64,000 nucleotides of DNA from Eledone cirrhosa. Its lineage: Eukaryota. Made by a program: the position numbers and the translations under genes. Shown here one piece after another: positions 53,780-64,000 of this stretch (position 1 is its first letter; each line of letters starts with the position of its first letter). The notes under the pieces were generated by a model. It did not search any database. It saw only the letters and a program-made list of their open reading frames with translations, and was not told where the DNA came from. The stretch is taken from assembly GCA_964016885.1 (NCBI GenBank), contig OZ024746.1, positions 88,846,001-88,910,000 on the forward strand. Direction: 5' to 3'.

Positions 53780-54790
53780 TCGACAAATCTGAGCCCCCAT
53801 TTGACGTCAGTATGGGGACAAGTGACTCGGATGAAGTTAACGACCTCATGGGGCTGTACATCGTATACAACCTGAAGAACCTCTTCAAAACCCTTACATG
53901 ATGATTATACCGAGATAATGGCCTTATCACTTTGCACAAAATAAAACCCAGAACCACTAATGGGTTTCTGAAAAACTTAAGATCGTTCTTCCGTAATCTA
54001 GGATTTAGAATAACTATAAAATCGAATATAACTAGGGCTAACTTTTCAGAAGTCACTCTCGACTTAGATACTTCCCTCTATTACTGGTACCACAAACCTA
54101 ACAAGTCCCTCAAATGCATACATGTTAGTCGAACCACCACAAAAACATCACATATAACTTAGTTAAAAGCGTCTCACTCAGAATGTCTACACCTATAGCT
54201 AGTACTTTTTCAAATTGCTGGATAAATTCACCCCCACACTTGGTACTACACTATCTTTATCAAGAAGACAATAACAATTTCCGACTCCACTTCACCTAAC
54301 CTAGCTAGGAATATAGCAAATCTCAACACTACAAAATTAAATAAGCCTACTACCTCCGAAACAAATCACAGGACAGGAGCTTTGTAGAACTGCCAAAATA
54401 AGGAAGCTTGACGATTGTCATCGTATATAAATGTGATGTCATCTCAGGCATTGTTGATTACAACAAAAACATTTATCTCGGAATGATTTCCAACAATGTT
54501 AAGACCCGGTTGTATGCCAATAACCACTCATTCAGAAGATCGGACAAAACAAATCAGACAACACCCGCCTCCTATGCCTAGGACATCAAGAGAGGCTCCA
54601 CCTCTTTCACGCTTAAATGGAAATTACTCCAGAAAGTGCGCACCTAGTTGGGAGGATACAAGTGTCGTGATCTTTGTATGTCAGAGACCTACGAAATAGT
54701 ATTTTCCAAGGGCCCGACACTGAACAAACTCTCTGAACACTGCCCGAATTGCAAGCACAATAGCTTTGCTAATTACAAATAGCTTAAGCC
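53780..54790 (+). mobile_element. Second Hydra-clade-like PLE remnant (RT core + GIY-YIG), disrupted
   Basis: FDVSMGTSDSDEVNDLMGLYI, LYRDNGL, NFSEVTLDL, YHKPN, NCQNKEA, IVYKC..IYLGMISNNVKTRLYANNHSFR, CRDLCMSE, CPNCKH. Confidence 0.85.
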
Positions 54791-55080
54791 AGTATTGAAG
54801 CAAGATGGATAATTTTAAAATAAAACGCCACTCGACAAAATATCCCCTCCATCTCCATCCCACCCAATCCCCGATCCCCTATCCCCATCTCGACCCTCCC
54901 CACAGTACTATGGTTATGTAAGTACTTCTTACCTACTTCCCTTTTCCACATGTCTTATATACTTGAATAGCGCCTGTATGTGTATATATATATGTGTTTG
55001 AGTATGTATATGTATATGTGTATGGATGTATATATATTTATATATTTATATATATATATATATATGTATATATATGTGTA

Positions 55081-55157
<77 letters not shown>

Positions 55158-55168
55158 ATATATGGAGA

Positions 55169-55238
<70 letters not shown>

Positions 55239-55249
55239 ATATATGTATA

Positions 55250-55330
<81 letters not shown>

Positions 55331-55629
55331 TAGTATATATGAGTGTGTGTTTGTGCGTGTGTGTAGGTGTGAGGGCATATATGTGTGAGCGTGTCTGTTG
55401 GCACCTGATCAATAGCTATTGTTAGCTTAATTGAACCTTAAAAATCAGGAGTGGCATCCTCCGTGTGAACTTGTCTATAGAATTCTGTCTGAATTTGTTA
55501 CTCTAAATATAGTTTTAGAAGAATTCCCTTTTCTTTAAACCCAGCAACCAATGACCTACACCCATTCCAATAACCACCCTCTCTTACCACCAGAACAGTT
55601 ATAAATACCACCATATTACTTGAACAGAC

Positions 55630-55680
55630 GGCTTCCTGATGATTTCTCCCGAATGAAACAGTTCTATTCCTGTAGAAGCC
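55630..55680 (+). ncRNA. Type I hammerhead ribozyme, intact core and conventional stem III
   Basis: ggcuuc CUGAUGA uuuc uccc gaau GAAA cag uucuauuc cug UA gaagcc. Perfect 6-bp stem I. Confidence 0.88.
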
Positions 55681-55789
55681 ATTACTATATTCAATATATA
55701 TACTTAATCGAAGCGTCTCATTATGTTTGTGTGACATACGGTGATGGTATGCCGTTGCTATAACACCGAATTTATTGCATCATCGTTTG

Positions 55790-55821
<32 letters not shown>

Positions 55822-55907
55822 AAATGTAATCAGATATACCATAATAAACGGTACAGTGTATGGAAGGAATATGTTAGTTTTACGCTTGAAATAGCTGGAA
55901 GAGGGTC

Positions 55908-55976
<69 letters not shown>

Positions 55977-56292
55977 GAGGTGTAACACACGAGTTGGGAT
56001 ATATTAGTAAAAGGAAAAGAAAATGCTGACACATTTTTCCCAGTGAAAAATATTTTAATTAGGAATAAGTATAAATTAGTAATAAGTATTGGTTAGTATT
56101 CAATTTTAGCTTTAAGTTTTTAGCGGTTGCGCATTTCTAATGCTTTTCAAAAATAATTTTGAGATAGAGCGCTCGTGATGTTTGCTCTAATCTGATCAGT
56201 TTTGGAAATTCTTTCTGTTTTATGTCAAAAAAGTGGCTCCAGAGGTATTAAGAATTGGTATATATATATGTGTGTGTGTGTGTATATATATA

Positions 56293-56334
<42 letters not shown>

Positions 56335-57870
56335 CATATGTATACATATATAATCAACATGAACTCACAGTTATTATCAACACTATTCACAATATTCAAA
56401 GGATCTCTTGCAAGGCACTGTCATTTAGGAACTGAAATCACCTCCCTTGGGCGAGTCTTATTGGATTTAGACATGAGAGTGCTGTAACGTTAAATATGTG
56501 CACATTTGTTTTATTGTGATAACTCTTTTCCGTTGATTTTCATTTTGAGATGTATAAATCCTCAACATGTCTATCCCCCTCTATTCATTAATTTTTCTAT
56601 ATGAAAAAACAATGTGCGGAATATGTTTTATTTTACGTTCATAAGAGTCTTTTTATTTGGTCAATCCTGAATCCCATTCAAATAATCTGAGGTTGTTACC
56701 TTTCGCATTTGATAAACATACAGAGGAAATGTTTCTCATTTTATTAATCTCGTTTAGTCTCAATTGTCCTCTCTGCCAGTGTGTCTTTCTATATATCACG
56801 TTCACACTCTCGCCTCTCTCTCTTTCCAAATATATATGCCTATATGTATTATACGCGCACTACCCATGGGTAGGGACATGAAAAACATAGAAACCCTTCG
56901 AATTTTATACATAACATTATTTTATACATAACATTAATCTAGTCTCGTATAGTGATAATCTGTGTTCTTTCCCAAATTCTTATTTTCGTTTATCACAATT
57001 GTGAACAGTAGTATATATATCGGTAATGTATTTTCGATTCAATTTATTATAAATTTATTAACACTGTGCCCTGTCAAAAGTAATCAGTAAGATAAGTCAG
57101 ACTTTTGTAAATTATTTCTTAATATATATTTGCTATATTCTCTCTTCCAACTATTTTGTTGTTAATAATTAATACACTATCTCTGTATCTCACTTTCTTT
57201 TTCTATCATTTGTTTTCTCTTTGTTATTTTAGGTGTTCGGTGTAATATTATTACTTTGATCAACTCCACGCTGAAAAATATCTACAAAGCTTTATACAAC
57301 CATAAATAAGTTTCATCTTTAATTAATAACCAGTGTTCAAATAAAATCACAGGAAATATATTTAATGAAATTACACTGATATACTATAAAGAAGTTTTGT
57401 AATAATTATGTCTAACGGACAAACAATCAGTTAGTCAGACAGTGATATATATTTTGAAAATATTTGTAAGCACGTGGATAATCAAAACTACCCCTGTATA
57501 TATGTATGTAATGCATAAGCACAGTTGGATGTATAAAACTAAATTGACAAAGGGACTATGAGGTTTTGAGTGTAATGCCTCTTTATATCAGACAACTGTA
57601 GAATGAAGTAGTACCTACAATTCGCTGGAAATTGAAATTAAGACTAATATTGTGTGATATGTCGACACGTAGAACGTGTGTATAGTGCAAGGTCCAGAAG
57701 TGGGGAAACGTGTAGTTGACCATATTTATCAGGGAAATAGGACGTAATGAATAAATCATAAAGTAGAGCAAAACAGTGTATCTTAGAATAGAATAAATAC
57801 GAGGGGTGATTCAAATGTTGATTCTCTCTCCCCCTCTCTATATCTCTCTCTCTCTCTCTCACTCTCTCCA

Positions 57871-57934
<64 letters not shown>

Positions 57935-57938
<4 letters not shown>

Positions 57939-58392
57939 GCTAGACCTGGTATCGGAGGGGCTCGTATGAATTTGGGGCAATCAAATACTTTCGATAGGGT
58001 CAACTATCGTTGACTGAATGCTATACACAATGGCATTCAGCTATCGGAACCGTGCCAGATTACGCGCGGTCACCGTAATCGGTACCCTCTCACTTCCCTT
58101 CTGTATGATCTGATTCTTGACTCACTACTGCAGAACTGGACCCGTTACAATATATCTCGTTCGAAGAGATTCATGGTAGGGATGCGTCGTCATATGCTGA
58201 CGACGTCACTCAGGTGGTGTCGAGCACCTCGGAAATCGACCTGGTCAGACAATCCTTAAAGAAATATGAAAGATTGACGAGACCAAATATCAACCGTGAT
58301 CCGTCGTTTGATTTACAGTTTGTCACATGGAGAGGGAACCGATGTCGTTCAACTGCATCGTCGGTCTACGGACGGACGAACCAGTGAATTTT
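57935..58392 (+). mobile_element. L1/Tx1-like RT remnant with internal deletion
   Basis: NLGQSNTFDRV, NG.LSEPCQITRG..PLTSLLYDLILDSLL, SSYADDVT, LKKYERLT..IN. Confidence 0.7.
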
Positions 58393-60259
58393 AGAGGTTC
58401 CGAAAATGAATTTGTGTACATAGGATATTCTACCAACCTATTTAATCACAAGGAAATCATTCTCACTCAAAGGTAATTGCGGATAAAATACCACGAGAAA
58501 ACAACTGTAGTCCCAGAAAAAGATATTTGGTTGCTGATAGACATTAGCCTGACAAGATAAGAAAAAAGATTAATGATATTCCAAGTGCAAAGGCTGAGAA
58601 GAAAAACTGTTAAGGCAAGAATATGAAGCTCCTAAAATAAACCGATCAGAATTCAGTTTAACGGTATCGCTGACTTCATTAACCTTTTCCTTGGCACCCA
58701 CATTTCATTATCTTGGTTGATATAACGGCTAGTTATCACATGCATGAGTCAACGTACATTAGAAGGTTCTGGGCCCGTAAAGTTGGTAGAATGGGAGCCA
58801 TTAATATACCGCTAGTTCAACAACCCCTGCGGCGAGAGTAGAAGAAATAGTAGAAGCAGCATAGTTATAAACCAGAACAAAATCAGCAGAAACTGTATCA
58901 GCACAAGTACAACTACAAAACAATATCAGAAATAGAATTTTCCAACAAGTGATTCCAATTATGATCATTCACATATTTCGGGTGGTGAGGGAATCCGACA
59001 TTGAGTGCGTCAATTGTTTTCCTCCCTATACCAAAAAAATGAAACGGAGTAAATAATCAAAATAGAAAAATAATCAATGGGAAACCGGACTCTCAGTCCA
59101 GCTGACCATCAACTGCATGCACGAGAAAGAACGTAGACCTCTCAAGTCATGGCGCCTCTATGATTTATTTTTATGTATGTCGATAATACACCCGTCCTCA
59201 CAACTTGATGAATCTGATGTTAGTTTTATTTGTATATAATGTTTCTGTTGCACACATTTTCTGCGGGCAAGGATATTTCTATTTTGATTATTTACTATGT
59301 TGAATATAAAATGTATGACAACAATTCTTCAGAGATTGATTTCGAATTGCAGTCGGTATCAAGATTTTAGAACTCGCATGCAGAAAGAGTAGAGAGTTAT
59401 ACACAAACACTAGTCATTAAATCAATTTCTTGATAAGGTCGCTCTTTATAGGATTGAAGCTTCTCTGAATAAAATGTCCCCATCGGATGATAAAAGGCGA
59501 TTCATTGGCTATACATAGATTTCGGGGTAACTAATTTTTGCTGCAGATGGTGCGAATTCTTAGATATATATATTTAAATCGTCACGGTTTGGGGCCCTAT
59601 GAAATTAGTTATCTTAGTAGCGATAGTTATATGTCATCGAAATTCCTAGATTATGTCTTTCAGCTCTTATTTTATCTATGCAGGACATGGATCTCAACAT
59701 TGTTCGGACAATTTTGTGAATTATTGTTAAATATAAATGCTATTACAATGTGATCCCATGTCAGAGAATAGGAGTAGTATAAAACATTTTTAAATATAGT
59801 TAATTAAATATAACAAATATTTACAAATCTTATTCGAAAAATGAAATATAGGTAAAAGGTTACTTCTAAAATTTTAGATGCATTTTCTGGTAGCCATTTT
59901 GGAGACATCATTTTCTAAACGCTACAGATGCCAGAATAAACAAGCCCATTCTCTAAATTTATTGATCACAACCCAATATTGTTTAACTTCTATAAATTTG
60001 CACAATTATTGCAGCTGATGCCTATTAACCTTAAAGGTTCAATGACTGACCTGAGGTTATTGTCGATAGATATTTATTTTATAAATATTCCCCATGAGTA
60101 TGATATAATTGCGATATTGCAAAACATAATTATAGCTGCCAATTTTACATTAGTATTTCAAGATGGCTATTAACTAAAGTGAACCTTTCACAATTATTTT
60201 GTCTTTCTTATGAAGCGGCTCTAAAGCCACACATAAACACACACACACACACATACACA

Positions 60260-60316
<57 letters not shown>

Positions 60317-60417
60317 ACTCATTCACAAACTCCCTCACAATTATGCGTGCATGTGTATCAATATCAATATATTTAACTGCAGTGTTGGTCGGGTTTTTTC
60401 GGAATCTCTGAGGATTG

Positions 60418-60448
<31 letters not shown>

Positions 60449-60984
60449 GGTTCCTATTCATTTCGATACCTCAGACAGAGTGGCTGCTCTACCATAATTC
60501 CATTACAGCTTAATTTAGCCAATTCGGCAAGAAAGGTAGGTAAAAAAAGAAGGGAAGGTAGTATTGACTACTTCTGTATGACAGAAACTGACAGAAAATG
60601 AAAATGTTGACATCAGTAAATTTGATATTGAAAATACGATGCAAAGTGATATGAAGAAAGTTTATCCATATAGAATCTTTGGACTGACCCAGAGTCAGTA
60701 CTAAATGAATGTTTGTAAAATAGCTATATATATTCGACTTAGGTAGATACTATTCCATTACGCTTTGATTCGCATGTGTATTTTGAGAGATTCCCGAATA
60801 GGTATATGCAAACACACACACATGCACACACATATATACACACATACACACACACGTTTATATATACGCATATATACACATACAGCACACATGATGCTTC
60901 AAATTATATTTGTGTGTGTGTGTATACATGTGTAAATATTTGCATGTGATTGCGTATAAGTATATTTGCTGAACGCATTTACAA

Positions 60985-61036
<52 letters not shown>

Positions 61037-61255
61037 GTGGTAACAGATTATTGTTAAAGGGAGTCCACTTAAGTGTGGTCCAATAATGGTACTCCGAGTA
61101 GTGGATGATATCAACGCTTGGCTAAGTTTGACTCAACAAGGCGTTTCCATAGTGATATTGCGAGTACGCTGTAATTCCTATGTTGTAAACACTTGGAGAA
61201 ATGATAAATCAGGAAAGAAGTGTGACACGGTTTGCTATACAAAAAAGGTTTTTAA

Positions 61256-61376
61256 TCTCATTGCTGACAATTGTTTCTCTGAACTGGTAGGTCTAGAGAT
61301 CGCTACCCGCTTGTTTCCACGTTATTCGATCACCAATACAAAGTTATAACCAGTCAATTCATCGGAGCTTGTGAGA
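61256..61376 (-). ncRNA. Hammerhead relic in left palindrome arm (core CCGAUGA)
   Basis: ucuca caa gcu CCGAUGA [long stem II] GAAA caauug UC agc aa ugaga. Confidence 0.55.
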
Positions 61377-61926
61377 ATGAAAGGAATATACAGGCATGGC
61401 TACTATATATAGTAGCAATGGCATTCAATCAGTACAATAACAACAATACTAACAATGCTAGCAATACATTATTTGAAATAATCACATCATTCTAGATGGG
61501 AAATATAGTATATCTACGATTTTAGCGTGTAAAACTAGCTGACATGAGGCAGATGTATAAAATTGACATGTAAAAGCTGTCATGGGGTGTATTATATATA
61601 GTGTAAAGATAAGCCGGTGGCTTTAAACAATGTAGGTCTGGTGGCCAAAAGAATCATTTATTATCTACATTGTTTAAAGCCACCGGCTTATCTTTACACT
61701 ATATATAATACACCCCATGACAGCTTTTACATGTCAATTTTATACATCTGCCTCATGTCAGCTAGTTTTACACGCTAAAATCGTAGATATACTATATTTC
61801 CCGCATAGATTGATGTTGTGATTATTTCAAATAATTTATTGCTAGCATTGTTAGTATTGTTGTTATTGTTCTGATTGAATGTCATTACAACTATATATAG
61901 TAGCCATGCCTGTATATTCCTTTAAT

Positions 61927-62047
61927 TCTCACAAGCTCCGATGAATTGACTAGTTATAACTTTGTATTGGTGATCGAATAACGTGAAAACAAGCTGGTAG
62001 CGATCTCTAGACCTACCAGTTCAGAGAAACAATTGTCAACAATGAGA
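61927..62047 (+). ncRNA. Hammerhead relic in right palindrome arm (core CCGAUGA)
   Basis: Mirror copy: TCTCACAAGCT CCGATGA ... GAAA CAATTG TC AACAATGAGA. Confidence 0.5.
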
Positions 62048-62093
62048 TTAAAAACCTTTTTTGTATAGCAAACCGTGTTACTCTTCTTTCCTG

Positions 62094-62119
<26 letters not shown>

Positions 62120-62130
<11 letters not shown>

Positions 62131-62132
62131 TA

Positions 62133-62218
<86 letters not shown>

Positions 62219-62229
62219 TGTGTGTGTGT

Positions 62230-62306
<77 letters not shown>

Positions 62307-62340
62307 GCTGCGTGTGCGGCTGCGTGTGCGTTTGTGTGTA
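62120..62340. repeat. Long (TG)n microsatellite
   Basis: Directly visible. Confidence 0.98.
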
Positions 62341-62481
62341 AGTATGGTTGTGTGTGTATTGGAATTTCTTATTTCTGAAGAAATAGGGTATGTTTCAAAT
62401 AAACATTTAGATAGCCGTGGCTATGCCAAAACAACACCAGCTAACGCCATCTGGCGGTGTTAAGCAGAAACAAGGGGGACT

Positions 62482-62527
62482 ATCCTCGATACGCATATCG
62501 AATTGAACTAGTCCTCATCAGGACGAT
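62482..62527 (-). ncRNA. Degenerate hammerhead motif (GAAA to GAUA)
   Basis: aucguc CUGAUGA ggacu aguuc aauuc GAUA ugcgua UC gaggau. Confidence 0.5.
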
Positions 62528-63319
62528 TCCTCCCACTCTTGCAACTGTTCTCAAAGTCCAACACAGGAGGAGGTGGAGGTGGTGAATGAGATTACTAAAT
62601 GTGATGGGCTCCAGTCTTATAAAAAAAAAACAATGTAAAAGATGTTTTGCATGGAACTGATATAATAAATGCACATATTTCTCTATAATTTAGTCTACTC
62701 TACGAATTCCATGGTTTGAAGTACTAAATATTCTATATTATTTTTCTATAAGCGTGACAATAGTATACTCATTCGCTGGAAATATTTCCCAATAATTCTC
62801 GTATATCAAATATTAGATAATGCATAAACAACATGTAAGAATTAAATAATACAATAACTATCTACAAAGAAGCACAAATCGGTTATGTTATATTGAATAT
62901 ATTTATAAATGATATACAAATGAATATTTTAAATGTTGCAATATTATATTACATTGCTATATACACCGTAAGTGTACATTTAATGTGAAGCATTCAATAA
63001 AATACATAAGAAACAAATTAATCAGTGTCTTATTCTTTTGCAATTGTTCAATAGTTTGCGTGTTTTCACTCTCCAGCGCACTTCACTTCTCTTCCGCTGT
63101 TTTTTTCATTCCTTATGTATCCTATTTAATTTAATTAGAGTGATAAGTAAGATGCATCTAATAATTTACTTTCTGTCCGTTTTCAGATTCTTTATTGATG
63201 AGATTGAATTTTGTACCTTCATTTTTATCGTTATCAAGTCGTTTAATTTCATGCAGTTTATTTTCAACCAATATATTCGATATTTCGATATTTCTTCTCC
63301 ATTCGTTTGATATAACGTT

Positions 63320-63595
63320 AAGGTTTCCTATGACATAGTCTTTGAGTAGGCGACACCTCGTGTTCGAGCGATTCAAATTATCAAGTAGGTCAGACGCTCC
63401 TCTTTATATAGGTTAAATAATTAGCCTGAATAATTTCATTATTTATTTAGTGAAGCTGCAGGCGCCGTATTCCTATTCCATAGAGGTTCTCAAATTTATT
63501 GGTGGTGTATATTGGGGTGAGGCTGCATGTAGGTGGAAAGGCTGAAGTATATAGCGATTATGGTGGCCTTGAGTTCTAGGTTTAATAAAAGATGT
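63320..63595 (-). mobile_element. Possible very decayed PLE GIY-YIG C-terminus
   Basis: NLYKEERL..LDNLNRSNTRCRLLK resembles the CxLCxxEK..LN....CRH tail of the other two PLEs. Confidence 0.3.
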
Positions 63596-63751
63596 GTTCA
63601 TTCACGGACACGCGTACACGTACATATGAACACACCTATATAAGCACACAAACACACACACATATACACACATACACACATACACACACACACACATACA
63701 CACATGGGAATGGGTGAGCATTGATATATGCATGCGAATACACCACAATAG

Positions 63752-63912
63752 CCGGCGAATTGGCAATGTTATTAAACGTAGGATAGAATGCTTTGTGGAT
63801 TTCATTTGGCCTCTCTGATCTCTGAGTTCAAGTCCCACCGAAGTCAAATGCGCCTTTCATCCATTCAAGCTCGATAAACTAAGTACTAGTAGTGAAGTAC
63901 CTGGGTCGATTT
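63752..63912 (+). mobile_element. tRNA-derived SINE copy, 3'-truncated at (TA)n
   Basis: GGCGAATTGGCAATG head, GAGTTCAAGTCC, GCCTTTCATCCATTCAAGCTCGATAAACTAAGTAC core. Confidence 0.75.
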
Positions 63913-64000
63913 TTACTATATATATATATATATATATATATTTATTCGAAACAAAAGGGAAAGAATGACTTCACTTGTAGTGTTGTAGTGTTAAAAAATG

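Larger units (their letters stand above)
61204..62099. repeat. Long palindrome: ~430-bp arms, 29-nt spacer
   Basis: 61204-61635 vs 61665-62099. The inner 138 bp are perfectly complementary; the outer part has about a dozen substitutions and one small indel cluster. Confidence 0.97.

Noticed and set aside
54409-54411. TGA at a conserved Cys position of the PLE CxCx5C motif (selenocysteine idea)
   Set aside because: The copy has many other stops and frameshifts and no SECIS was recognised, so simple decay explains it.
57798-57826. TACGAGGGGTGATTCAAA, mariner-like TIR start
   Set aside because: Only ~25 bp, truncated by microsatellite, and no partner TIR was found.

Overview
Eukaryotic, very AT-rich, microsatellite-dense DNA ((TA)n, (CA)n, (GA)n, (GAT)n). 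It is most consistent with an intronic/intergenic stretch of an octopus-like cephalopod genome; this is an inference from the tRNA-headed SINE family. Almost all listed ORFs are microsatellite artefacts. Recognisable content is decayed mobile DNA: a mariner fragment, about 9 SINE copies, two R4/Dong-type LINE remnants, RTE, L1/Tx1 and Gypsy fragments, two non-autonomous Helitrons, a MITE and at least five Penelope-like element (PLE) coding remnants. The most striking unannotated signal is about 15 type I hammerhead ribozyme (HHR) motifs of several sequence families, about 7 with an intact CUGANGA/GAAA core. They sit in short (TA)n-flanked elements that are repeatedly arranged as fold-backs or partial tandems. 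Examples are a 481-nt retrozyme-like unit (18862-19444), a ~430-bp-arm palindrome with an HHR relic in each arm (61204-62099), and a palindrome family with compensatory changes between copies. A tentative minus-strand spliced transcript (47057 to 23244) could not be resolved into one gene model. All folds and alignments were done by eye.
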